Part shown: piece by piece, positions 1 to 11,816 of the stretch | Layout: the number at the start of each line of letters is the position of its first letter | How positions within the stretch are numbered: the stretch's first letter is position 1 | NCBI RefSeq assembly: GCF_964188315.1 | Contig: NC_135660.1 | Coordinates: 5,084,001 to 5,148,000 of the forward strand | Length of the DNA stretch: 64,000 nt | Reading direction: 5' to 3' | From: Podarcis muralis | Taxonomy: Eukaryota | Notes under the pieces: generated by a model | Databases searched by the model: none | What the model was told of the DNA's origin: nothing | What the model saw: only the letters and a program-made list of their open reading frames with translations | Translations under genes and position numbers: made by a program

Positions 1-1087
1 GCATTTGATTCCGGGGCGCTGGAGGATAGAGCTCTGTGGTCCTCAGGTGTGCTGGAGGATGCTATTCCACCCCCGGTGTGGAAGTGAGATTCAGCTGCTG
101 CTCCGATCTGTTTCTGCATGTGAAATGGAGAAGGTGCCATTTGGTCTTCTGCACCAAGCAAGATATTTTGGAACCTGTCCTTGAGATGATATGAGGAGGT
201 GCGTTTCTGATGGTCAGGTTGGTGGGAAGCCCTGGGGAGACTGACCTTTTCTAAACACACCCCCCCCCCCCCCCGTTCTTTGTTTTGGAGGCTCACCCCG
301 GGAGATTCTGAAACTCTGAGAACATTGGGTTCTCTTTGGGTCTTTTGTTCTCGCTGTGTTTTTCTTCAGTGTTTCATGTCAAAAGGAGTGAGGGGTGGGG
401 GAAGTTGGTAACTGTTGAGTTCAGTTTTTTTGGGGGGGGAAACACTGAGTGGATGGAATGGGCTTGCCTTCTTCCATGTCCCTTGGCTGAATCTGCCTTC
501 TATGACATTCAGTTTTACCGTGGTCTGGTAAACAAAGCCGCCAGTTCACGTTCCGCTCCTTGGCACTTTGCGAAAACCAGAATGCCCCCAGGCCAGGCAA
601 GGAAGGTTTATGTAAGCCAAATAAAGCCCTGAACAATGAATTGGCATGGGTTTTGGCGTGAAGAGGGACCGGACTGCCGGCCTTCAAAACGCCAGCTGAT
701 TTCAGGGGCCCATGGTCTCCCACTGGCAAACTCTGGGTACCTCGGTGAATGCCTTCAGCAGCTATAGAAGCCATAAATAAACATAGCTAGCTTTGAGGAT
801 GAATTGGCCCCAACTCCATATGAGAAAAGTTGAGGTGTGCTTGAATGCTTTCAGGAGAATTCTTGCTTTACCGTTGAGCCACGGCCATTCCTTGTCAACA
901 GAGGTTAAAGTTAGCCTTGGAAAACCAAGTCTCTGTCTTGATGGCATCCCTGTTTCATGCCTGTTAGCATGGCTCAGATCTTGAAATAGGGCTTAAAATA
1001 GGGTTTAATTATCTTGCGTACTCTGTAGTGGTGATAGCCTTTCAAGCTGCTTTCAGAGCACTGCATCTCATAGTCCTGCTGGATGTA

Positions 1088-1347
1088 CGGTCATACCTCG
1101 GGTTGAATGTGCTTCAAGTTGAGCGCTTTTGGGTTGCACTCCGCGGCAGCCCAGAAGTAACAGAGCGCGTTACTTTTGGGTTTCGCTGCTCGCGCATTCG
1201 CAGATGCTCAAAATGCCGTCACGCGCATGCGCGGAAGCAGCAAAACGCGACCCACACATGCGCAGGTGCACCGTCGCGTCTTACGTTCCATTCAGGATGC
1301 GAACAGGGCTCCGGAACGGATCCTGTTCGCATCCCGAGGTACCAGTG
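1088..1347. mobile_element. Tigger/pogo-type MITE
   Basis: TA on both flanks; imperfect TIRs CGGTCATACCTCGGG...CCCGAGGTACCAGTG; CpG-rich interior. Confidence 0.75.
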
Positions 1348-2132
1348 TATCTGTTCTCACAGAACTGGCTAATTTTCTCTTTCCCTGTTTTAATTTGGGT
1401 GGTGAAAAAGTTGCTTAGGAAAGTGAATGTGAATTTACCACCAGGGTATCTCTCCCGCTCTTCCTGCTCCTGCTGTTCACACAAACTTAAACTCCAGTTT
1501 CCCCATTCCAGGAGTGAACACTTGATTCAAATTGCTGCGTTGGCAGCTTTTACTGAGTACTTACAGACCCTTCCTCCCTCTCTTTCTTCATCCTGTTTTA
1601 TTATTATTATTTCTTTGGTAATAAAGGAAAATTGAGTTCTCTGGGCTGTTTTTGTTCGGGGAGGTGAGGTCATCAGTGGAGAAGTTGAAATCCCAGCTTG
1701 CTTTAAACTCTTCTCATAGGTGTGTTGTATAAATCATTCCTCCTTCAGTTGCCACATAGGATTGGGGTTACGCACAGCATCCTGGAATAGGTTCAAACCC
1801 ATTAGACTCTTTTTTCAGATCTCAACAAGCCCTTTGTATAACCATGTGTAACATGGGAAGAAACTGTTCCAATGGATGGGTGCCATTTTTAACTTCAATC
1901 ATTGCGAGTTTACATATGACATCGGAGTTGATTAGGGCTAAGCCAAAACTGCTTACTGTTTGGGGGGCATGTTTTTGGCAGTCTTGAGGGAACATTAAAA
2001 CATTTTCAGCAGTAACTCTGAAGATGTTTGGCCTATTCTTTCCATTGCCTCCTTTTGCTCTCTCTCAGCAGAGTTTGTTTTCCCTTAAGGATGCCACCTT
2101 GTTCATTCTGTGGTCTTTGATTGGTTGAGATT

Positions 2133-2540
2133 GTTGTCGTTGTTTAGTCGTTTAGTTGTGTCCGACTCTTCGTGACCCCATGGACCAGAGCACGCCAGGC
2201 ACTCCTGTCTTCCATTGCCTCCCACAGTTTGGTCAGACTCATGCTGGTAGCTTCGAGAACACTGTCCATCTCGTCATCTCGTCACTGTCCATCTCTGTCC
2301 ATCTCGTCCTCTGTTGTCCCCTTCTCCTTGTGCCCTCAATCTTTCCCAACATCAGGGTCTTTTCCAGGGAGTCTCCTCTTCTCATGAGGTGGCCAAAGTC
2401 TTGGAGCCTCAGCTTCAGGATCTGTCCTTCCAGTGAGCACTCAGGGCTGATTTCCTTCAGAATGGAGAGGTTTGATCTTCTTGCAGTCCATGGGACTCTC
2501 AAGAGCCTCCTCCAGCACCAGAGTTCAAAAGTTGAATTAC
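2133..2540 (-). mobile_element. BovB (RTE LINE), 5'-truncated
   Basis: Minus ORF FELWCWRRLLRVPWTARRSNLSILKEISPECSLEG is the BovB ORF C-terminus; (CAA)-type tail; TSD GGTTGAGATT at 2123-2132 and 2541-2550. Confidence 0.93.
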
Positions 2541-2959
2541 GGTTGAGATTACCCATGTGAATAATCCAGGAGGCATTGCTCTCGCTCTCAGATGATTTTT
2601 CCTCTGCGATGTCATCGTGTGACCAAATTTGGTGGATTTAGAAGAATCATAATGGCATTCCATTCATTATGTGATTCATGATTGGTTGGGCTTTGGGGCT
2701 AATCAGGCAAATGAGGTGGTATGTTTATTTGTATCATTTATTATTCCCATGATCCTTGATTATAAAACCCCATAAAAAGATGTTTTGAAAATTAGGCAAA
2801 TGACAGAAGTAGTAACTATGTGCTGAGGTGGGAGCTGATAGAGGGAGTGGGATCAGATATGGTATTCTCAAGAGGTTTGTGGTATTCTCTAAGGAGTTTG
2901 GCTCAGGTTTAAATTCATTGTGATAGTTGGGTCAGATTTACTGTATTGATGTGATTGAT

Positions 2960-3299
2960 TGTTCAGCCCAGACACTGAGATCCAGCACCAAGGGCTTTCT
3001 GGCAGTTCCCACACTGCAAGAAGTGAAACTACAGGGAACCAGGCAGAGGGCCTTCTTGGTAGTGGCGCCCTCCATGTGGAACACCCTCCCATCAGATGTT
3101 AAGGACATGAGTAATTATATAACATTTAGGAAACATTTGAAGGCAGCCCTGTATAGGGAAGCTTTTAAGGTTTAATGTTTCAGTATGTGTTTCTGTATGC
3201 TGGAAGCTGCCCAGAGTGGCTGGAGCAACCCAGTCAGATGGGCGGGGTACTACTGCTACTGCTACTACTACTACTGCCACTACTACTACTAATAATAAT
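2960..3299 (+). mobile_element. L2 LINE 3' fragment with (TAC)n/(TAA)n tail
   Basis: ORF TLRSSTKGFLAVP...TRQRAFLVVAPSMWNTLP...FRKHLKAALYREAF is an L2 ORF2 C-terminus. Confidence 0.88.
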
Positions 3300-3300
3300 A

Positions 3301-3539
3301 CAGTGGTACCTTGGGTTAAGTACTTAACTTCCGGAGGTCCGTTCTTAACCTGAAACTGTTCTTAACCTGAAGCACCACTTTAGCTAATGGGACCTCCCAC
3401 TGCTGCCGCGCCACCAGAGCACGATTTCTGTTCTCAACCTGAAGCAAAGTTCTTAACCTGAGGCACTATTTCTGGGTTAGCGGAGTCTGTAACCTGAAGC
3501 ATATATAACCTGAAGCGTATGTAACCTGAGGTACCACTA
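3301..3539. mobile_element. Tigger-type MITE inserted at a TA in the L2 tail
   Basis: TIRs CAGTGGTACCTTGGGTTA...TAACCTGAGGTACCACTA, TA flanks, internal AACCTGAAGC repeats. Confidence 0.85.
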
Positions 3540-3569
3540 TAATGGAATGTGGTGCAAACATAGACACTT

Positions 3570-3912
3570 AGAAAGCATGCCTTATATTGAGTCAGACAAC
3601 TGGCCCGTCTTGATCAGCATTGTCTACAGCAGAGCTTTCCAAACTTTTCATATCAATGACACACTTTTTATCCAGTTTTAATTCAGTTTTACTAGCAAAC
3701 TGGAGGTAAAACGAACCCCTTTTCTGTCCCGAGAGGAGCACGGGAAGTGTTCACACGAACGTATTGTGGCACACAGTTTGGAAAGTTCTGGTCTACTGTG
3801 GCCAGAAGCGGTTCTGTAGGATTTCAGACAGAAGTCTCTCCCAACCCTACCTGGAGAGTTCTGGGGATTGCAGCTGGGACCCTCTTAATGCAAGGCAGAT
3901 GATCTGCCACTT
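3570..3912 (-). mobile_element. Squam3-type SINE interrupted by a hAT MITE
   Basis: Reverse complement of the TGACTCAATATAAGGCA 3' end at about 3578-3595; tRNA-derived head at about 3850-3912. Confidence 0.65.
3630..3790. mobile_element. hAT-type MITE, 161 bp
   Basis: 16-bp TIRs CAGAGCTTTCCAAACT / AGTTTGGAAAGTTCTG (1 mismatch); 8-bp TSD GTCTACAG / GTCTACTG. Confidence 0.85.
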
Positions 3913-4156
3913 TGAGGTCAAGTGTGAAGGGTGGGGTGGGAATCAGGAGACGTTAGGCTGCCCCCTCGCTTTAAGAACCTGGGATGGGAACCCCAAGCAC
4001 CAAGCAAACTCTCTCTCTCGGTGTTGTTTTCCTTGGCGGCTTCCCCGTTGTGTTATCTCACGTAACGGGATCCCTCTCGGTTTGTCAACATTCGGTTTGG
4101 GGCAGAGAGTTCATATCTGCAAGAGCCTGGGTATCGGATTAGGCCGCGATTAACGC

Positions 4157-4380
4157 CATAGAATCATAGAATCATAGAGTTGGAAGAGACCACAAGGGCC
4201 ATCGAGTCCAACCCCCTGCCAAGCAGGAAACACCATCAGAGCACTCCTGACATATGGTTGTCAAGCCTCTGCTTAAAGACCTCCAAAGAAGGAGACTCCA
4301 CCACACTCCTTGGCAGCAAATTCCACTGTCGAACAGCTCTTACTGTCAGGAAGTTCTTCCTAATGTTTAGGTGGAATCTT
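4157..4380 (-). mobile_element. CR1 LINE 3' fragment
   Basis: (ATAGAATC)n, the reverse complement of the CR1 (TTCTATGA)n tail, followed by GAGTTGGAAGAGACC...AGGAAGTTCTTCCTAATGTTTAGGTGGAATCT. Confidence 0.9.
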
Positions 4381-4385
4381 CATGA

Positions 4386-5097
4386 TGTAATGACTCCCTC
4401 CTTTTCCTTCCATCAATATTTGTCCTGTAGGGTCGGTATATTAGAATATAGACTTCAAAAGGGGTGTCTTTTTCCCTCGCCTCCTGCAACTGTTTGGCTC
4501 CCGTCGCTTGCAATATTCTCGCTGTTGGTCTAAGGCTTACCATCTAAGTAGTTTTAGGCTTGGCCCGCCAGCCTCCCGGTGGAAGAGCTTTCAGAGCCTG
4601 TGATAACACCGGGAGGAGGCCGTTTCTGAAGAGTTGTGGTATGCATCCCTTGCCGTGGGATGGGGGCTCCTTCTTTCCCCTTGCACATTTTTAATTATTC
4701 TCTCAGCAGGCCGTTCTAATGAGGATGAGGGTGGGTTTTTTGTTCTTCTCAGCGCTGATTGCTTGGGAAGGAACTGGGGAAGGAGAGTTAGATAGCTGCA
4801 GGAAGGCAGGGACCTCCAGTCCTTGCGACTCTCTCATTGTGGCAAGATCTCCCGGGAACAGTTGCTGTGCCCACTAGGCCTGGCCTCCCAAGCTGTTTGT
4901 TTCTCTGAATAAAGGGTTAATTTCACTGACACCGTGTGAGTTAATGCTGACCTGGCTTCCGCCCCTGTTGAGTTTCCTAAGGATAAGGTGGTGCTAAGGT
5001 CAGCTCTTTTGGTCTTGCCTTAGGAAGATTCCTTGTTGCTCTGGCCTTCAAGATTAGTTTGTGCTGCTTTTCGCTAGAATCTGGAACACAGGTTACA
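4386..5097 (+). mobile_element. Probable solo LTR (712 bp)
   Basis: TGTAA...TTACA inverted termini; AATAAA at 4908-4913; flanks ATGA / ATCA (4-bp TSD with 1 mismatch). Confidence 0.55.
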
Positions 5098-5384
5098 ATC
5101 AGACACTTATTTAAGAGGGCGCTAAAATTCTACCTGGCCAGGACTCGGACCCTGAGACAAAGAGAAATGTGCTTGGCAACCCCAAAGATAATTGGATGGA
5201 AGAATGTTTTTAACCATAACTGCTTTTAAACTTTTTTTAAAAAAAGAAATTGCAATTGTTTTCAGATTGTTTTAATCTGTTTTAGAATGTTTTTGCTTTT
5301 ATTTTTTTAATTGTGTATCTGTCTAGATCTGGTTTAAGGATAAAGAACACAACAGGGGTCTTGGAGCTGCCCATCAACAGGTAG

Positions 5385-5517
5385 TGTTTCTCAAATTTGG
5401 GTCCCCATCGGTTGTTGGACTACAACTCCCATCATCCCTAGCTAGCAGGACCCATGGTCAGGGATGATGGGAGTTGCAGTCCAAAAACAGCTGGGTGTCA
5501 AATTCGAAAAACAGTGA
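5385..5517. mobile_element. Palindromic hAT-like MITE (common squamate ACTACAACTCCCATCATCCC family)
   Basis: Internal inverted repeat GGACTACAACTCCCATCATCCC...GGGATGATGGGAGTTGCAGTCC. Confidence 0.7.
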
Positions 5518-5899
5518 ACCTGGACAGCAGACAGAGCAGGTACACAAGCCACCTGCTCACAGGTTTTTAGCCAAAATATTATTCTGCTTTCCCCCCTTGT
5601 GCACCCCCTAAATCTGCTCTGGGTCTCCTCCGACCCTGCATAGTAGATTTGGGGATGATTATTTTTTTGGGGGGGGGTGTGTGAAAATCTTACATCAACA
5701 CTAGTCCCTGCGCCAGGTAAAAAATATAATTCAATAACACCCAGAGACTATAGCATAAAGGCTGCATAGCTTTTGTGAATCTTTCTTGCATACGAAGTTT
5801 GTATGATATAAAAATGAAAGCCTACCATCCAAAGGTAAAGTTTCAAAACATAAAAAAGAGGTAGCTGTGTTACTGCTTTAAAAAGAAAACTTGCTTCCG

Positions 5900-7300
5900 T
5901 GCGCAAAATATAATATAACTGAGGTCTTATAAAGGAGGATGGAAATCAGCTAGCAATCCATGTACCACCTACAGATGTGAATCCCAAAAATGGGCATTAC
6001 ACTTGAGTGGAACAATTACTTATGAGTAGAGCTACTATTTTAAAAAGAAATCATTTATTAAACGATCATAGAAATACACTTAAATCCATTTTGTCATTTA
6101 AACCACCAGAGGACCTGGAATTAACTTGTGTATCCAAAATACTTCTCATTGGGAAAGTAGCAAGTCCAAAGATAATCTTTTTTATGGACTGGGATGAATT
6201 CTTTCTAGAGCAAAAAATAATAATAACCAGAAGTCCTGTGATGCCGTTCCAGAAAATGCAGGGTTAATGGGGTTTCTAGTACGAATGTTGGGCTTGTGTT
6301 CAGTTAACTTCAGTTAAGAGGTCTAATGATCTGACCAACATATAATTTTGAACATGGTCACATAATACAACATGAATTGCAATTAGAAAAAGCTTTCAAA
6401 ACATATTTTTTTTATACGAACAAGATAAAAACTGTTTCGTTTCCAGACTTTGTGGACATCGTGTACAGTGACCACACTTACCGTGAATGATTTGATCATT
6501 TCCAAGAGATTTCCTGTGCATAATGTCTGAACTGGCTAATTTATCTGCCAAACTGATAGTTCTGCAGAATCCCACAAAAGGAACTCCTTTGGCACCCTAG
6601 CAAACCTTGAGCAATATGCCAGTGTTTCTATACAATACGTTTGATATTATGGGCTACATGGTTGAAGTCCAAGGACCAAAATAACCCACTTCTTTTAGTG
6701 CTGGATTGAGTGATCGTGTGCTGACCCTATCTGCTCTTAACCTGGACTCTAAAACCATCTGTTTTGGGAAACTCCTGCTGTGTAAAGTGTGAGAAAATTG
6801 ATCGGCGTGAGATTTCTAAACTTGATCAAATGTGAAGTCTTTTGTTAAATGTGAAAAGTGTCCATACAGTCAATTATTCTTAAGAAACCTGATGCAAATA
6901 ATGAACTTCTGTCTGTGGGTTTAGTATCCCTTGCCACTCAAAGGATGTTGTTGTGGCAGCAACACATCCAAAAACAAAATATTTATTTGGTCCACTTGGC
7001 GAGTGAATTTGACATTATCATTAACAGAATTGATCCAACCAAAAAACTCACCAGCCTCAGATAACTTGGAGAATAAAATGAAAATATCTCCTATGTGGCA
7101 ACCATAACATCTGATATGTTTCTTAGGGGGACTGTGCACAGAGTTTAAAATACTAGCATTCTCAAGCTCAGCCATTTACAGATTGGAAATACTTGGCACT
7201 ACCAAACTAGTGTAGTAAAATGCTCACGATTATCAATACTTTATCCCTCTACCTGTTGGATGAAATATGTAGTATCTCTGATATATGAGGGCAGTTGTAT
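5900..7300 (-). mobile_element. Degenerate Penelope-like retroelement (RT C-terminus, Cys linker, GIY-YIG endonuclease)
   Basis: Minus-strand peptides: HIGDIFILF...INSVNDNVKFT...INILFLDVLL (RT, about 6950-7100), KCGHCTRCP (6451-6480) and PCSKLYVGQ (6331-6357, YVG motif). Stops and frameshifts present; boundaries approximate. Confidence 0.75.
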
Positions 7301-7603
7301 AATTGTCCTTGTTTTGTGGGATCCCTGTGAGTTTTGTTTGTAGCTTCTCTAAAGGTAGGGCATTTGGTTACCTTGCCTCCTGGAAGTCGGAAGTAGGTTC
7401 CACCTCTGGACCAGAGAGGAGAGGCTTGCCCAGGGTGTCAAGGCTTTCCTTGGTACACATTGAGGCATGAGAGTTTGCAGTAAGAAAATCCTTCTCTTCT
7501 GGCAACTTGGCTGAAAGAAAGTCCAGTTTGCCTCCCCTGAGTCCCTCCCCCAAGTTGGCTGGTAACCCTAATTAGAGTCAATTGTATTCCTTCCTCTCCC
7601 TGA

Positions 7604-7831
7604 TTGTTGTTGTTTTGTTGTTTAGTCGTGTCTGCCTCTTCGTGACCCCCTGGACCAGAGCACACCAGGCACTCCTGTCTTCCACTGCCTCCCGCAGTTT
7701 GGTCAAATTCATGCTGGTAGCTTCGAGAACACTGTCCAACCACCTCGTCCTCTGCCGTCCCCTTCTCCTTGTGCCCTCCATCTTTCCCAACATCAGGGTC
7801 TTTTCCAGGGAGTCTTCTCTTCTCATGAGGT
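7604..7831 (-). mobile_element. BovB 3' end
   Basis: Minus ORF MRREDSLEKTLMLGKMEGTRRRGRQRTRWLDSV; (CAA)n tail at 7604. Confidence 0.92.
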
Positions 7832-8032
7832 CCCTTCATGGATCACTGCCTTGCCGTGGCGAAGGGGCTTGAATAACTCAGAGAAGCTATGAGCTATGCC
7901 ATGCAGGGCCACCCAAGATGGACAGGTCATAGTAGAGAGTTTTGACCAAACGTGATCCGCCTGGAGCAGGAACCAGCAAGCCACTCCAGTATCCCTGCCA
8001 AGAAAACTCCATGGACAAAGACAACAGGCATA
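7832..8032 (+). mobile_element. BovB 5' region in the opposite orientation, fused to the preceding 3' end
   Basis: ATGGATCACTGCCTTG...GGGCCACCCAAGATGGACAGGTCATAG...CCACTCCAGTATCCCTGCCAAGAAAACTCCATGGAC resembles the BovB 5' end as I recall it; it appears to resume briefly at about 8883-8900. Confidence 0.7.
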
Positions 8033-8034
8033 TA

Positions 8035-8880
8035 CCGTATTTTTCGCTCTATAACACGCACCCGACCATAACACGCACATAGTTTTTAGAGGAGGAAAAC
8101 AAGAAAAAAAATATTCTAAATGAAACAGTGGATGTATGATTTTTGTGGTTCATGCTGTGGCCACAGACATGTGATCTGACGGTGAGTTTGGGGTAGCCCA
8201 ATGCAAAAATCCTGAGGATCCGTGTGGATCCATGCTTTGTAACCACGTTTTTGCACCACTGCGGCCCCAGGCAACAGTGGGTGCGTGCTATGTGATCTGA
8301 TGGTGAGTTTGGGGTGACCCAGTGCAAAAATCCTGAGGATCCATGTGGATCCATGCTTTGTAACCACGTTTTAAGTGGGGAGGGAAGGAAAAGCACTCAA
8401 GGGACAAGAAGCACGCGTGGGGTGTGTGGAGAAGGATGCTGCTAATAATGCAGAAGAGGGGTATAAGGGGATAAGCAGGCTCTGTTTCTCTCCCTCCTCC
8501 CCGGCTCGCTGAAAAACTTTGCTGCTATTTAGCCAGCTGAGTGGGGAGGAGAGAGGGACAGAGAGCCTGCTTGCTTTAAAGGAGCCAACCGGACAGGAGC
8601 CACTTACACTCGTGTAAGCGGCTCCTCTCCTCTCCCGCTTTGCTCCTTTAAAGCAAGCAGGCTCTCTGTCCCTCTCTTCTCCCCACTCAGCGGCTCTTCT
8701 CCCGCTTTGCTGTTTCAAAGCGAGCCACGGAGGAGGGAAGGAAGGGGAACCATGGATCCTCTGCTCACGACTGCAGCAGATCCCCCCGCCATCCGTAGGC
8801 ATTCACTCCATAACACGCACAGACATTTCCCCTTACTTTCTAGGAGGAAAAAAGTGAGTGTTATGGAGCAAAAAATACGG
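8035..8880. mobile_element. Non-autonomous Tc1/mariner (Tc2/Kanga-like) element, 846 bp
   Basis: TIRs CCGTATTTTTCGCTCTATAACACGCAC / GTGAGTGTTATGGAGCAAAAAATACGG; TA TSD; internal ~80-bp direct repeat (about 8170-8250 and 8290-8372) and ~50-bp inverted repeat (about 8537-8690). Confidence 0.85.
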
Positions 8881-9172
8881 TAAAAGTTATGATGAGCCCC
8901 TCTACCTGCTCCCCCAGTTCAAATGTAACAGGAGTCTTAGAGTGCATGTCTAGAATGAACCACTGACATCCAGTCAATTCAGGGAAATTCACTTGCCCCT
9001 GGAAGAGGTCACATAGTGAATGTCCGGTGCCTGAGCTTTGTACCGTAGAAGATCTGGTCCTCCTGCATTTTGAAGAATCTCACAGCTGCAGAATAGAATG
9101 GCCATGCATTTGTTTTATTTTCCGCTTCTTCCTTTTCTCACCTGACCTTTCACCTTCCCTCTGCCGTTTCAG

Positions 9173-9285
9173 GTAACTTCGAAGTGGGCGTCCACATTGC
9201 AGATGTGAGCTACTTTGTGAAGGAGGACACGGCCCTGGATGAAATCGCGAGCAAGAGAGCAACGAGTGTCTACCTCGTGCAGAAG
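9173..9285 (+). CDS. DIS3L2: DIS3L2 coding exon, 113 nt (RNB domain, HIADV motif; probably equivalent to human exon 11)
   Basis: Pyrimidine tract and tttcAG at 9171-9172; (G)GT AAC TTC GAA GTG GGC GTC CAC ATT GCA GAT...GTG CAG AAG; donor GTGAG at 9286; phase 1/0. Confidence 0.97.
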
Positions 9286-11747
9286 GTGAGATTCACATCA
9301 GTGCCCCAGAGCGAAACACAGGCAGATAACGTTCTTCTGGATGCTGCCCACAAGTCCAAACAGATCGTGGTTTTCTGCCAAGAAACTGGGCGGAAATGAG
9401 ACATTTCCTGTGCTTTACTGCTCCCAAATGGGAAATTCCATGCAACTGTCACGGTTAATCGCTATTGACAGGTTTGTATCCTCCAGGCTCTTTATTTATA
9501 TGGGTTATTTAGCAGTTGCTTTTCAGAGGCCAGCCCTCCACAAGGTGGTGTCCAGTGAGAAATAAAAGCAACAGAACGTGCAGGCGGACTAGGAAACATT
9601 AACCGGATGCAGCAATGGGAGCTGAATTCCCTCACCTGAGCCTCCTTAAGGCAATAGCAGCAAGTTCGGTTTTTAAGACCTTCTGGAATGCCAAGCCAGG
9701 CGTTAACCGCATGGTACCCATGCAACTGGGACCCCAGACACAGATCTTAGATTACAGGCAGGTTATACGAGTACCAGTGGTTCTTTAGGTAACTCAGTCC
9801 CAAACCCTTTAAGGCCTGAGTGGTTACTACCGGCACTTTAAACTGGGCCCAGAACACACTGGTAGCCAGTGCAATTGGTGCAGAATTGATAGTGAAGTCC
9901 ATACATTAATCATGTTCATTGTGCAAAGCTGTCTTCGTCTTTCAGGTGCCCATGTTGCTGCAATGCAACACTGTGATGCTTCTGAATAGGCATGTTTTGC
10001 TAATTAGTGATTTATTCCTTTATTCTTAGTATTAATTGCAGAGCTGCTGTATTTGACTCTTTATAGAATAACATAAAACCTGCCAGGAGCTTATAGCTTG
10101 CATTCAGACTAGGGAGAGACAAAGGGGGAGGGACAATAAAATGGAATATTTCAGTTTAGAACTCTATTAGCTGCTTGTGTGTTGCTGATTATTGATCATG
10201 GAAGTTATTGATCATGGTTCTTTGTTAGGGAGAGGGCACCCAAGCCCAGTGCTTATCCCAAGAGGCAGAAGCTGAAAATAAGAAATACTCTTTATTCAGT
10301 AGGCAATAGGTTTTTTAAAATGGAGAAATGTATATTTTTCCGTGCAAATCTTCTTTGTTCTAAGCGCTAAATGTCAGTATGGTGGAAATACCATGGGAAA
10401 GCAGCCCTGGAGAAAACCAGGCTTGACGTGGGTAGTGTTGCTGCTCCAGTTGAACATTGTGGTGGTGGCAGTGGGGGAACCTTGCAAGGAAATCAAATAG
10501 ATCTGCATAACTAATTCACTTGAACTTGCCTGTCTGGGAGAGAAGGAGTAGTTGTGCAAAAGGCTAATGGTTTGTTTTGAGAAAGTGCAAGGCTTAGTGA
10601 TGAGTGTATCAGGTTCTACAAAGCAGGCAAACCTAAACAGTTTTCTCCCTTCTGGCACGTCCCTGTGTGTTGTTTTAGGTGTGAAGTAGTTTGAGTGGGG
10701 AAGGTCAGCCATAAATCCCTACAATATTTTACTGGTCCTCTTTTATAATGGAGATCAAAGATCGGAACTGGAAGCCAGTCTTCATGTCGAGTCCAAGGGC
10801 CTCAAGACGTTCACTTCTGACACCAGCAGGTTGTCGGGGTGTTGATATTTTGATAGCTTCAAGCGGAATAACAAAGAGGTGATCGAAGTTTGAATTCATG
10901 GAAGTGTTGATACAGAAAGTAAGAGGGAAAGAAAGGAAACTCTTGAGCAGAAACTCTTGGCTCATAAACAAATTGCCTGTTTCCTTTGAGTGTCTTTCAG
11001 TGCGTGAGGCCACCCCATGATTAAGTCTCCGAGTCCCCTCCCTAAACCACGGGCTCAGAGCCATGGAAGCCATCAGGCTGTAAGCATGGCTCCACCTGAT
11101 TCAAAGGCCACTGGTGGAGGGCCTGTTCTGGGAAGCCTGAACGAGCCCTCAAACTGGGTGGGTGTGGGCAGGCAGCCAGGTTGAGCGGTGGGAACAAGAT
11201 TGTCAGTGGGACTTGGTGGAAGCGCTCCATTTTACTTCCCATGAAAAGGGGTTTTGTCCTTTGGCCGTGCTGATCTACTCCAGGCTTCCCCGCCGCGATT
11301 CCCGCTGGGGATGGACCTTCCCTGGCTGGCCTGCGTTTGAACTTGGTGGCCCCCGAACCCTCCTGGAGCTCGATTACAATGCTCACCGTGAGCCCTCCTA
11401 TCCCAGGACCAGCCCAGAGTCTGGAAGCATAACAGCTCAAGGCAAACTCAGGAGAGAGGGATGTTTGGGGAAACTGGAGGTCAAGGCTGGTATGGTGCAG
11501 TTGGTGGGTTTGGGCAGAGGAGGGTGGAGCTCAGACACCCGCTCATCTCGCTCAGTCCAAACCTGGGTGGGCCTCTAATCTCATGGGGCTTGCAGGGGAG
11601 GTGGTGACAGTTGCCAGGTCCCCTTCCAGTAAGGTCAGGGCAAGTCCAGGCAAGGCAAGGCAGATCAGGACCCTGGGCAGCTCCCAGTGGATTCTTCTGG
11701 CTGAGCTATGAAAGGTGGTGACTTAGCAAAGGACCAGGGTCACCTGA

Positions 11748-11816
<69 letters not shown>

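Noticed and set aside
1-2950. Possible degenerate L1/Tx1- or DIRS-like remnant on the minus strand, interrupted by the MITE and BovB
   Set aside because: Only vague motifs (IIHMGNLN, GFPTNLTIRN) in an inconsistent order; cannot be classified without a protein search.
1-9172. Preceding DIS3L2 exon carrying the catalytic ARDLDDAL motif
   Set aside because: Not found; presumably upstream of the window.
10370-11600. Several 110-140-aa ORFs
   Set aside because: No diagnostic motif; probably a decayed retroelement or unique intron, left unclassified.
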